Origin: Myxococcota bacterium
GTDB lineage: Bacteria; Myxococcota_A; Bradymonadia; UBA7976; UBA1532
Reading direction: 5' to 3'
NCBI GenBank assembly: GCA_036337435.1
Contig: JAYZEG010000030.1
Span: 25,160-89,159 of the forward strand
DNA length: 64,000 bases
Part shown: in pieces, positions 36,343-45,196 of the stretch
Position numbering within the stretch: position 1 is the first letter of the stretch
How the letters are laid out: each line of letters opens with the position of its first letter
Translations under genes and position numbers: made by a program
Notes under the pieces: generated by a model
The model's database searches: none
Seen by the model: the letters and a program-made list of their open reading frames with translations, nothing else
What the model was told of the DNA's origin: nothing

Positions 36343-37836
36343 TCACTGCTGTCGCCCCTTGAGCATCTCATCGAGCAATTGGCTCAAATTAGACTGATTC
36401 AAAGTCTTCAGTCTATCGGACCACAACCTGAGGGTTTCAGGTGTCACGCCCGGTTCGAGGACAGACGTGCGAAAAGCACGACCCAGGTCCCCAGGTAAGC
36501 TCTGAGATTCGATGCGGACCAAATTCCGAAACAAAATCTGGCCCCCGGGTTTCAGCTTCCAAGCGAGTCGATAGGCTTTATGGGCATCACCTATCCTTTG
36601 TTTATCTGCCAAAGCTGTACCCAACTCCACAAGGGCATGAGCTTGAATGGGCGGCATGTCAACCTCCGCTGACCAGAGCGTAATCTCATCTTGCCACTCT
36701 TGACTCCGCACCTTCGATAGGGCTCCAAGAGCCAATAGGACAAGGAAGACCGCGACGACAACCCATGACGTATATGGACTGTCTGCCCGATAGAGCGCGT
36801 CAACGACGGCGGCGATCGAAGCCGCAATTCCGAGTATGGGCAAGTACAGATATCTGTCTGCCGCCAAAGTGCCAAAGGGAATAAAATGCAACACGGGCCC
36901 GATGAAGACGAAAAACCACAGAAAACCAATCACCACAATAGAACGAGGCCTTCGTAGACAAGTCCAAAAGCCGAGTGCAACGACCAAGCTGCAAGTGACC
37001 CATGTCTCCAAACCCCAGGTGTGCACGTCCAAATACGTGTAAAGGCACCGAGGCCCCTCGACCAAAAACAGCTGCTTCACATAAAAGGCAATCAAGTTAA
37101 ATGCCAGTGCGAGATTGAGCGGCGTTCCCGATTCAGGACCGCCCTGAATCGGGCTCCAACTAAATCTAAACACGAGCAAAACGACGGTCAATGCGGTCAA
37201 AAACCAGAGGATTGTTTTTGAACGGCCGGTTCCCATCAGCCATAGAAACGGCAGGACGACCACAGCTGTTTCTTTCGAGAAGAAACCGAAGGTGAGGCTC
37301 AGGCCAGCGTATAAACACCAGCTTATCGACGGGTCCGAGCGACATTTTTGGACGCACAAACATGTGGACAGCACAAAAATTGACGCCAATAGTTCGGGAC
37401 GACAGGATACGAAAGACAATGCCTCCACCTGCATTGGATGGCAGGTATAAATAGCCAGGGCGATGAAAATCGATAGGTTCGACAAGTTCCACTGTCGGAG
37501 AAGCATGGCCGCGAGGGCCAAAACCAAGAGATGTAAACCCAATTGGATGGCGTGAAAGGCTGCGGGGGCATAACCAAAAGCTGCGACTGTAAGGTAATTG
37601 AGCAGCGTAGGGACAGGTCGGAGGTACCCGCTCTGAGTGGAATGACCTTGTCCAAAGAAGTCGCCCCAAGCGAGCGTCCAAGCACGAGAAAAGTTCGATA
37701 GATTCTGGTTTCGCTCGATTAGGAAGACATCATCCCAAACGAATTGAGCCTGAATTGTATGGCCATAAATGACAGCGACAATGACGGCTAACATCGCGAT
37801 GATGTATCCCGTCTTGAGTTTTTCCATCGCTCTCAA
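36343..37836 (-). CDS. GT-C-like polytopic membrane protein (PMT/TMTC-type, DUF1736-like) with C-terminal TPR-like region
   Basis: The N-terminal FVWDDVFLIERNQNL motif is followed by about 10 TM segments. The C-terminal ~110 aa is soluble and helical (ALVELGTALADKQRIGDAHKAYRLAWKL). Confidence 0.6.
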   Translation of the reverse strand: MRAMEKLKTGYIIAMLAVIVAVIYGHTIQAQFVWDDVFLIERNQNLSNFSRAWTLAWGDFFGQGHSTQSGYLRPVPTLLNYLTVAAFGYAPAAFHAIQLGLHLLVLALAAMLLRQWNLSNLSIFIALAIYTCHPMQVEALSFVSCRPELLASIFVLSTCLCVQKCRSDPSISWCLYAGLSLTFGFFSKETAVVVLPFLWLMGTGRSKTILWFLTALTVVLLVFRFSWSPIQGGPESGTPLNLALAFNLIAFYVKQLFLVEGPRCLYTYLDVHTWGLETWVTCSLVVALGFWTCLRRPRSIVVIGFLWFFVFIGPVLHFIPFGTLAADRYLYLPILGIAASIAAVVDALYRADSPYTSWVVVAVFLVLLALGALSKVRSQEWQDEITLWSAEVDMPPIQAHALVELGTALADKQRIGDAHKAYRLAWKLKPGGQILFRNLVRIESQSLPGDLGRAFRTSVLEPGVTPETLRLWSDRLKTLNQSNLSQLLDEMLKGRQQ

Positions 37837-37908
37837 TTAAGTCTCCCTCAGTATGGCATCCGACCAAGAGTCAAAGAATTCAGTCAACACGAGGCAGGTC
37901 CATCAAAA

Positions 37909-38784
37909 TCAGGTCATTCTGGCCATCAATGGATCATGTCGAATCAGTGATTCACTTAATTGCCAGAGCTGCTCGGCCTGTTTCGAGTCCAGAGCTTTGC
38001 CTGATGGTTTGACGACTTTTCGGTTCCGAAAGTACTGACCAGAAATCTGAGCTACATCGGGATTTGTTGCAAGATGTATCGACGTGCGGGCACCTCGTTG
38101 TGGTGAAACAAGGAACGCCCCAGCCATTCGTGTCAGAAGGGCAAAAGCATCTTTTTGACTGACAGCAAACCCAGACCGAACCATACCGGGATGCAAACAA
38201 TTGACAGTCACTTGATCGTCAACCAGCCGACTGGCTAGGTGGCGCGTGAATTGAATATTCATGAGTTTGCTCGCGCAATATGCCCCCATAGGAGAATAAC
38301 GCCGACGCTCGTAGTTAACATCGTCTAAATCAATGGAACCAAGTCTGTGGCCAAACGAGGATACGTTCACAATTCGACCACTGCGAGCCGCTTTTAAGCA
38401 GCTCAACAACCCCCGACACATGAGAAAATAAGCCATATGATTGACGGCGAAGGTCTGCTCAAGACCGTCTCTCGTTTCGCGTTTTTCGGCCAGGTACACA
38501 CCGGCGTTATTGACCAAGACGTCGATCTGTTCATAGGCATTTCGCAATTGCCCGCACAGAGTCTGAATCTCTTCTTGGCTACTGAGATCGCAGCGGAAAA
38601 GCGAAATCGCGGCGTCTGGCTTGACGGTCTTGATTCGGTCGATCGCCTCGAGCCCTTTCGGTTTGCTCCTGCAAACTAAGACCAATTCAGCACCCATTTC
38701 CGCCAGAGCGCATGCCGTGGACCAACCAATGCCCGAATTGGCACCGGTAACCACCACTCTTTTTCCGGACATCGACCCGCTCAC
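37909..38784 (-). CDS. Short-chain dehydrogenase/reductase (retinol-DH-like SDR)
   Basis: Motifs: VVTGANSGIGWSTA, NNAG, YCASKL. Confidence 0.85.
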   Translation of the reverse strand: MSGSMSGKRVVVTGANSGIGWSTACALAEMGAELVLVCRSKPKGLEAIDRIKTVKPDAAISLFRCDLSSQEEIQTLCGQLRNAYEQIDVLVNNAGVYLAEKRETRDGLEQTFAVNHMAYFLMCRGLLSCLKAARSGRIVNVSSFGHRLGSIDLDDVNYERRRYSPMGAYCASKLMNIQFTRHLASRLVDDQVTVNCLHPGMVRSGFAVSQKDAFALLTRMAGAFLVSPQRGARTSIHLATNPDVAQISGQYFRNRKVVKPSGKALDSKQAEQLWQLSESLIRHDPLMARMT

Positions 38785-38880
38785 GCCTGCCTTTCCCCCT
38801 GACTCATATTCAGCCCATACAATTTAACAGACCAGCACGACCATGTGCAGGCGATTACCGCCTATGTGCTTCCGTTGAGT

Positions 38881-40335
38881 TTACGACAAAGAGTTAATCT
38901 CGAGCCGATGCAACCGCCGAAAGGCCGTCCGAGCTGCATAAAAGCCACACATACCGTGAACTCCCCCGCCTGGCGGTGTCGACGACGAACAAATAAAGAT
39001 TCGTGGGTTCGGGGTCGTATACGGATTAAGTCTCAAAACCGGTCTCGAGAAGAGTTGACGCCAATCGGCAATGCCGCCCGCAATCGCACCACCGATATAA
39101 TTTGGGTTGTGACGTGTCAGGGCTTGAGTGTTCATCACGTGGCGTTCAATGATGATGTCACGAAAACCTGGCGCGAAACGTTCTACTTGAGACTCGATGG
39201 CCTGCGTTTGGTCTTGAATAGATCCAGCTGGAACATGGCAATAGGCATATCCCGTGTGATGACCAGACGGCGCGCGGGTGTCATCGAATAGGCTCTGCTG
39301 ACATAGAAGGACGAACGGCTTTTCAGGATGTTGTCCGAGCCACATCGCCTTCTCCGCAGCCGCAATGTCATGCATGCTGCCCCCAATATGAACCGTTGCA
39401 GCCTGCGCTGTCATTGGATCCCGCCAAGGAATGGGCTCTCGCAGTGCCCAGTCGATTTTAAATACACCAGGCCCGTATCGATACCGACTGAGACGTCTAC
39501 AGTATCTTTCGGGGAGATGCGGTCGGTTTATATCCACCAATTGCTGCGGTGACGTATCAAATAGATAAACTCGGGAGCGGGGCAAATCACTGGGATTTTG
39601 GACGTGATGATTGGTTATAATTTGCCCACCAAGGGACTCGAAGTATCGGCTGAGGGCAACGGTTAGACCCTCGGTTCCACCGCGAACGATGGGCCAGTTC
39701 GTCAAATGACCTGAAATAGAAAAAATAAGACCAAGAGCCGCCGTCAGTGGTCGATCAAGGTCCATTATGGAATGCGCTGCACACCCTGCGAACAAAGCCT
39801 TCGCCTGAGGTCCTTTAAACCTGCTATTGGCAAACCCCGTCGCCGAGCGAATTGCAGACAGGCCAAAGCGCAGCATTTGCAGGGGCGCCTTCGGCCATTT
39901 CAAAGGGGCTAAGAGGTCTTCAAAGAGGACATCAGGATTCTTGAGGAACGGTTCGACGAGCCTTCGATAAGCATGGCTGTCAGCCCCCATTTGTCCAGCA
40001 GTCCGTTGTAGGTCTGACCACATAATGACGGACTTTTCATCATCGAGTGGATGAGAAAAAGCGGCAGGTGGCTCAATCCATTCAAGCCCAAAGTCAGCCA
40101 ATGGTAATCTTTTCATGAAGGGAGACAGAATGGCCATCGGATGGGCAGCTGAGCAAATGTCATGACGAAAGCCAGGGCGTGTTAACTCACGCGTTCGCAT
40201 GCCGCCACCGACACTGGGTTTACCTTCGATGAGGCACACGCGACACCCTTGCTGAGCTAAGTAGATGGCCGCAGAAAACCCGTTCGGTCCTGAGCCAACG
40301 ACGACGGCGTCGTATTCGCCTTTTTCATCAAGCAT
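38881..40335 (-). CDS. FAD-dependent oxidoreductase, phytoene-desaturase (CrtI)-like family
   Basis: YDAVVVGSGPNGFSAAIYLAQQGCRVCLIEGKPSVGGGMRT is a dinucleotide-binding fold. Length 484 aa. Confidence 0.75.
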   Translation of the reverse strand: MLDEKGEYDAVVVGSGPNGFSAAIYLAQQGCRVCLIEGKPSVGGGMRTRELTRPGFRHDICSAAHPMAILSPFMKRLPLADFGLEWIEPPAAFSHPLDDEKSVIMWSDLQRTAGQMGADSHAYRRLVEPFLKNPDVLFEDLLAPLKWPKAPLQMLRFGLSAIRSATGFANSRFKGPQAKALFAGCAAHSIMDLDRPLTAALGLIFSISGHLTNWPIVRGGTEGLTVALSRYFESLGGQIITNHHVQNPSDLPRSRVYLFDTSPQQLVDINRPHLPERYCRRLSRYRYGPGVFKIDWALREPIPWRDPMTAQAATVHIGGSMHDIAAAEKAMWLGQHPEKPFVLLCQQSLFDDTRAPSGHHTGYAYCHVPAGSIQDQTQAIESQVERFAPGFRDIIIERHVMNTQALTRHNPNYIGGAIAGGIADWRQLFSRPVLRLNPYTTPNPRIFICSSSTPPGGGVHGMCGFYAARTAFRRLHRLEINSLS

Positions 40336-40503
40336 TTCCCCGGATCCTCATCTTTACATGCCGTGGGTGTGTCAGAATCCAATGACCTGGACTAAGGGTG
40401 TCTAAATTTTCAACCGAGTCAATGATTCATATTTAAAATCGGTCATGTTAGAGACAGGCTTGATGAGGCGGCGGATCGGCCGCTGTAACTGGACAGGTCA
40501 ACT

Positions 40504-42393
40504 ATGACAGACATCCTTACCTTGAGCGCGGCCTTGTTCGGACTGATGCTGGGTCCCGTGATTGGAAACATCGGTCGAGAAAAAAAGGGGTGGATCCTCG
40601 CGCTCGACGGCTACATGCTCGTTTCACTCGGCGGCTTAGGCCTGGTTTTTCTCTTGCCGTCAACCGTTCAAAGGGCTGGTTTCTGGGCCATCGTATTGGC
40701 ACTTCTCGGGTTACTTTTGCCGAGTATACTTGAACGTCGAATGAAAGGAACACAAGGGGCAACCTTCTGGATTGTGTTCACGGGTCTCTTGCTTCATAAC
40801 GCGCTCGATGGGGCGGCCTTAAGTGCGCCTGTGCCTGGCCATATCCACGGACTGGATTTTGCCATCGTACTGCATCGGTTGCCCGTTGGATTGCTGGTCT
40901 ACGTCAGTCTTCGCAACCGACTTGGCAATGGATATGCACTTGCCATGGTCGGCTTACTTGCCATTGCAACCATACTCGGATTCACGCTGGGAGAATCCAT
41001 GAGTTCTCAGGCACCGCCCCTGGAACTGGCACTCTTTGAAGCATTTGTTGTGGGGGCATTGATGCATGTAGTCACCCACAGAGAGGAACTGGCCGGCTGT
41101 TCCCACGACCACCATCATGAACACGACCACCATCATGACCACGATCACCATCATGCTCACGACCATCACCATGGGCATGACCACCATGACGATCACGACC
41201 ATCACCATGGGCATGATCACCATCACGATCACGACCATCACGGACACGTCCATGCTCAAGGCCACGCCACCGATGGTAATCTGATAGAGCCTCATAGTCA
41301 TCTTGACGACAAGGCTGTTTGGGGGGTTCTCGGCGCCGTGTTGGGTTTGCTCACGCTGACTTTAATCGAGGAAGTGCCAGCGGTGTCGAAGGCGGCAGGC
41401 TACGTCTTCATCAATCTCACCCTCGAAGCGGCACCCGCCCTTGTGCTGGCCTATTGTTTTGCCGGCTTATTGAATGCACTCATCGTTCAGAAAGCACTCG
41501 TCTGGCTCAAGCGAGGTGGAGCACCAAAACAGGCTGTGAAAGGACTCGCATTCGGCTTGCCCCTGCCCATATGCTCATGTGGTGTACTGCCGCTTTATGA
41601 AACACTGGTGTCTAGAGGTGTGCCTGCGACAGCTGCCATCGCATTCTTGGTCGCCACACCGGAACTTGGCATCGACGCTATGCTCATCTCGCTGCCACTC
41701 TTGGGCGTCAAATTGTCCGTGGCGAGATTGCTCGCTGCAGTCTGCGTTGCTCTTCTGATCGCGCTTGTCTTGGGCCAAAAGGTGCCTAACCTTCGCAACG
41801 ATGTTGAACACCAAACAACAGAGCGTATTCCCTTGGCTAAGCGATTGCACGATGGGTTGAAATATGGGTTTGGTCCGCTCGTCGACCACACCATTCCGTG
41901 GATGATTGTCGGAATTGCTATCGCAGCCTACGCCGAGCCGCTCATGGACCCGAAGGCGATCTCAGGCCTATCCCCATTTTGGCAAGTGCCTCTCTTCGCG
42001 CTCATGGGCATACCCATGTACGTTTGTGCCTCTGCAGCTACGCCACTCGCGGCCATTGCAATTATGAATCAAGTATCCCCCGGTGCCGCTCTGGCTTTTC
42101 TACTTACTGGCCCTGCGACCAACGCAACAACATTTGGCGTGCTGGCATCTCTACACGGCCGGATGATCGCGTTTTGGTTTGGCATTGGTGTCGCCGCCAG
42201 TTCGATTTGCTTGGGCTGGTTGACCAATGCTGCCCTCGGTCAGACAATGGCGACATACAACCCCGATCATGCGCATACCATGGTTGAATGGTTGAGTTTG
42301 AGCATCTTAATTCTCTTGGTTGGCAAGTCGTTATTTCGACAAGGTCCGCGCGGCATGGTCAATCATGTGGCACATCCGATTGATATGCACTAA
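40504..42393 (+). CDS. Metal-ion transporter: N-terminal ZIP-like TM module, His/Asp-rich loop, C-terminal COG0701/ArsP-type permease
   Basis: 629 aa. Motifs: LLHNALDGAAL and VLHRLPVGLL in the N-terminal TM helices; a 56-aa His-rich tract; then GLPLPICSCGVLPLYETLVSRGVPATAAIAFLVATPELG (permease family with CxC). Confidence 0.75.
   Translation: MTDILTLSAALFGLMLGPVIGNIGREKKGWILALDGYMLVSLGGLGLVFLLPSTVQRAGFWAIVLALLGLLLPSILERRMKGTQGATFWIVFTGLLLHNALDGAALSAPVPGHIHGLDFAIVLHRLPVGLLVYVSLRNRLGNGYALAMVGLLAIATILGFTLGESMSSQAPPLELALFEAFVVGALMHVVTHREELAGCSHDHHHEHDHHHDHDHHHAHDHHHGHDHHDDHDHHHGHDHHHDHDHHGHVHAQGHATDGNLIEPHSHLDDKAVWGVLGAVLGLLTLTLIEEVPAVSKAAGYVFINLTLEAAPALVLAYCFAGLLNALIVQKALVWLKRGGAPKQAVKGLAFGLPLPICSCGVLPLYETLVSRGVPATAAIAFLVATPELGIDAMLISLPLLGVKLSVARLLAAVCVALLIALVLGQKVPNLRNDVEHQTTERIPLAKRLHDGLKYGFGPLVDHTIPWMIVGIAIAAYAEPLMDPKAISGLSPFWQVPLFALMGIPMYVCASAATPLAAIAIMNQVSPGAALAFLLTGPATNATTFGVLASLHGRMIAFWFGIGVAASSICLGWLTNAALGQTMATYNPDHAHTMVEWLSLSILILLVGKSLFRQGPRGMVNHVAHPIDMH
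41098..41265 (+). repeat. Coding low-complexity tract: 33 His in 56 residues (HD/HHH repeats)
   Basis: CSHDHHHEHDHHHDHDHHHAHDHHHGHDHHDDHDHHHGHDHHHDHDHHGHVHAQGH, encoded by CAC/CAT/GAC repeats. Confidence 0.9.
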
Positions 42394-42440
42394 ACCTTAA
42401 CAAGCGGGTCTGCCCGCAAAATACCGGAGGTTCAATTGCA

Positions 42441-42938
42441 ATGCTGTTAATCTGCACAGCCAGTCACGGAAAAAACAAAGACCTTGCAGACACAATACGT
42501 TCACATGCAAGTGCAGCAGGGGTTGACTGTGCCCTGTGTGATCTCACAGAGTATTCAATTCCACTGTACACATCTCGATCGGATGATACCGATGCAGACG
42601 TCGACGCATTAGAGGCTCTATTTAAAAGCGCAAAAGCATTCTTTGTCCTCGCTCCCGAATACAATGGATCAATTCCACCGAGCCTAACAAACGCAATTGC
42701 CTGGCTATCGACACGCAGCAGCGACTTTCGAGCTCTCTTCAATGGAAAACCATTGGCCATTGGCACCCACAGTGGAGGACAAGGTCAAAAGGTCCTGATC
42801 GCCATGCGAATTCAATTTGCTCATCTCGGCTGCCACGTCATGGGCCGAGAATTGCTCACGAGCAGTAGCCGGCCCGTCAACCCTGCGTCCATCGACGCTA
42901 TTTTGTCTGAAATCAGGACGCTTGGACGCCTTGAGTGA
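42441..42938 (+). CDS. NAD(P)H-dependent FMN reductase-like flavoprotein
   Basis: 165 aa. FFVLAPEYNGSIPPSLTNAIAWLS is a typical FMN_red motif. Good SD (GGAGG). Confidence 0.7.
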   Translation: MLLICTASHGKNKDLADTIRSHASAAGVDCALCDLTEYSIPLYTSRSDDTDADVDALEALFKSAKAFFVLAPEYNGSIPPSLTNAIAWLSTRSSDFRALFNGKPLAIGTHSGGQGQKVLIAMRIQFAHLGCHVMGRELLTSSSRPVNPASIDAILSEIRTLGRLE

Positions 42939-43004
42939 GTCTGGATTGAGGCCGCTCGCCGCAGCGGTTGCATTCCGGAACTGACCCGTAGGCCTCAATA
43001 CAGT

Positions 43005-43051
43005 TGTCACAGTGTAACAGTGTAACAGTTTGTTACATTTTTTGTGTAACA
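43005..43051. promoter_or_regulatory. Array of five TGTNACA heptamers upstream of the protease gene
   Basis: TGTCACA (43005), TGTAACA (43013, 43021, 43045), TGTTACA (43031). The 8-mer GTGTAACA is tandemly duplicated, and 43021-43037 forms the inverted pair TGTAACA-GTT-TGTTACA. Confidence 0.45.
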
Positions 43052-43163
43052 ACACGGTTCTCAGATCATCTAACCCACCGAAATTACACGTCTCCATAGT
43101 TGGCACAGACATTGCTGAGTAGATGAGTATCGCTTACGCGCGAGTCAAACGCCATCGGGGGAA

Positions 43164-45158
43164 ATGATGAGCAACGGTCAGAAAGAACAAACAAAACGCC
43201 GCCAACTCCACTGGGTTTTATGCCTTGCCATCCTGGCGGGTTGTGGAGAGATGGAGGCGCAAGAGGTCATCACTGAGACGGAGCCGATGACAGGTGTGCT
43301 GACTCAGCCTGTTCGTTACGGAAACTTGGACGGTGACGGACACCCCGGCGTGCTACGACTGTACATTCGAGTGGGCAACAGTGGTTTCTTGTGCTCAGGC
43401 ACCGTGATTGAGCAACGGACGATCTTGACCGCAGCACACTGCATCGAGAATGCGGCCAGCGCAGCTGATGTCTACGTTGTCGTCGACGGAGTGTACCGCG
43501 CCGCGAGTGCGATGCACATCCACGAAGACTACTCCGCAAACGCCGCTCACATCCGACGCCTCGGCAATAATTTCTATCGCTACAGCGGACCAGACATCGC
43601 CATTTTAACATTCGCAGACGCCTTAAACGCGCCAGTCGTATCCATCGAAATGGGTGAACCAACCCAAGGCGACTTGCTGACCATCGTCGGTTTTGGCGCA
43701 AATGAGAACGAAGAGACGGGCGTACGACGTGTTGGTCAAGTCGAGTATCAGGCAACAACAGAGACGTATTTGGAAAACCAGCAAACCGTTGACAGCGCGG
43801 CTGGCTCTTTGGTCGTTAACCCAGGGCCTAACAACGAGCTGGTTTGCGGTGGTGATAGTGGTGGCGCACTGTTGATGGGCGAGACGCTTATCGGGGTGAC
43901 ATCGGGCGGTGTTGTGGCCGTTGGAGACGACAATCCGTGTGTGCGTTCCCGCAGCGCCAATTTTATCTCTCCCGCGGCCTATATCGACTGGATTCGAGCC
44001 ATCGTGGACCTTCCCGAAGCCGCCCAACCAGAAATCGCCCCAGAGTTACTGTGCAGTGCCTACTTGCTCGACACCGACCGACGTTTCGGCAATCGCAGCA
44101 GCTACACGACCAACTGGGGTGGCTTGAACGAGAAATGGTTCCGCAGTGGCGACTCCGTATGGCATTACATCCTCCCACAGGGTGCGGTCTACGAATGGAA
44201 CGTTGGCACCAATCCTCCGACCGGCACCCTGGTCGGCACCTTCTCCCCCGACTTTCATGCAAACCCAGACCTCTTGACCGCCGCTGTTGACCCAGGTGCC
44301 GATTGCCAGGCACCGACCGTGGACAGCGATACATTGGTTCAAACGGCGTATAACCTTGACCAACAGTACGGATTCACCTTCGCTGGAACATATGCAACCA
44401 ACTGGGCGGGCATGGGTGAGAAATGGTTTCAAAATAACAGTCGTCGTTGGTTTTACATCACACCTGTTGGCGAAGTTTTCCGCTGGGAAAACAACACACG
44501 TCCAGTCGTGGGGACATTGCTTGGTACGCTTTCTGCTGACTACCACGCCAATCCTGCGCTCGTACACGATGCCATCAACCCAGACGCCGACGAAGCAGAC
44601 AATGACAACTGTGTTGATACGTCTGTCGAGGCCAAGGCTTTCGATCTAGACCAAGAACAAGGCTTCGTCTTCACCGGCTCCTTTGCTGAGAACTGGGGTG
44701 GTCTGGGTGAGAAGTGGTTCCAAAACGCCAACGGGCGATGGCACTACATCACACCAACTGGTGGGGTATATAAGTGGACTCAGAATACACGCCCAGCACA
44801 GGGCACGCTCGTAGGGAGCCTTGATGAGACTTTTCACGCAGACCCAATGCTCTTAATTGATGCGGAAGCGCCTGCGAACACTCAATGTGGTGGTGAGGAC
44901 GTAGACTTGGCGGCCCAAGCTGCACAACTGGACGCCACCTACGGATTCACCAGCAATGGCAACTACAATGAGAACTGGGGTGGCCAAAATGAAAAATGGA
45001 TGAGCAACGTGAGCAACAACTGGTTCTACATCCTACCGAACGGGGACGTCTACCGATGGACGGTTGGTTCGCGCCCCATCGCAGGCACGCTCATCGGCCA
45101 ATTAGACGCCTCTTTTTGGGCGAACCCCGCCTCGCTCCATGATGCGGCCGCTGAGTAG
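43164..45158 (+). CDS. Lipoprotein trypsin-like (S1) serine protease with four C-terminal tandem repeats of an unrecognised module
   Basis: Lipobox LAILAGC. Catalytic triad context: TAAHC, DIAIL, GDSGGAL. The C-terminal 370 aa is repetitive. Confidence 0.85.
   Translation: MMSNGQKEQTKRRQLHWVLCLAILAGCGEMEAQEVITETEPMTGVLTQPVRYGNLDGDGHPGVLRLYIRVGNSGFLCSGTVIEQRTILTAAHCIENAASAADVYVVVDGVYRAASAMHIHEDYSANAAHIRRLGNNFYRYSGPDIAILTFADALNAPVVSIEMGEPTQGDLLTIVGFGANENEETGVRRVGQVEYQATTETYLENQQTVDSAAGSLVVNPGPNNELVCGGDSGGALLMGETLIGVTSGGVVAVGDDNPCVRSRSANFISPAAYIDWIRAIVDLPEAAQPEIAPELLCSAYLLDTDRRFGNRSSYTTNWGGLNEKWFRSGDSVWHYILPQGAVYEWNVGTNPPTGTLVGTFSPDFHANPDLLTAAVDPGADCQAPTVDSDTLVQTAYNLDQQYGFTFAGTYATNWAGMGEKWFQNNSRRWFYITPVGEVFRWENNTRPVVGTLLGTLSADYHANPALVHDAINPDADEADNDNCVDTSVEAKAFDLDQEQGFVFTGSFAENWGGLGEKWFQNANGRWHYITPTGGVYKWTQNTRPAQGTLVGSLDETFHADPMLLIDAEAPANTQCGGEDVDLAAQAAQLDATYGFTSNGNYNENWGGQNEKWMSNVSNNWFYILPNGDVYRWTVGSRPIAGTLIGQLDASFWANPASLHDAAAE
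44049..45155 (+). repeat. Four in-frame tandem copies (each about 90-97 aa) of a NWGG..EKWF / W.YI.P.G.VY.W / GTL.G.L...FHA.P module
   Basis: Repeat cores: TTNWGGLNEKWFRSGDSVWHYILPQGAVYEWNVGTNPPTGTLVGTF; ATNWAGMGEKWFQNNSRRWFYITPVGEVFRWENNTRPVVGTLLGTL; AENWGGLGEKWFQNANGRWHYITPTGGVYKWTQNTRPAQGTLVGSL; NENWGGQNEKWMSNVSNNWFYILPNGDVYRWTVGSRPIAGTLIGQL. Confidence 0.85.
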
Positions 45159-45196
45159 ACGGAACCTGTTCCTTTCATCGAAGCGAAGCGGCCAGG

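Noticed and set aside
40422-40430. ATGATTCAT mini-palindrome upstream of the metal transporter, considered as a Fur/Zur-type box
   Set aside because: It is only 9 bp and does not extend to a 15-19-bp Fur/Zur-like dyad. It could easily occur by chance in an AT-rich promoter region.
40954-41301. 115-aa minus-strand ORF rich in MVVIVMV repeats
   Set aside because: It is the antisense reading of the CAC/CAT/GAC His-Asp repeat (GTG/ATG/GTC), an artefact of the coding repeat.
43270-44837. Several 60-170-aa minus-strand ORFs inside the protease gene
   Set aside because: They are Arg/Cys-rich antisense frames with no start context, while the plus-strand protease has an intact catalytic triad and repeats.
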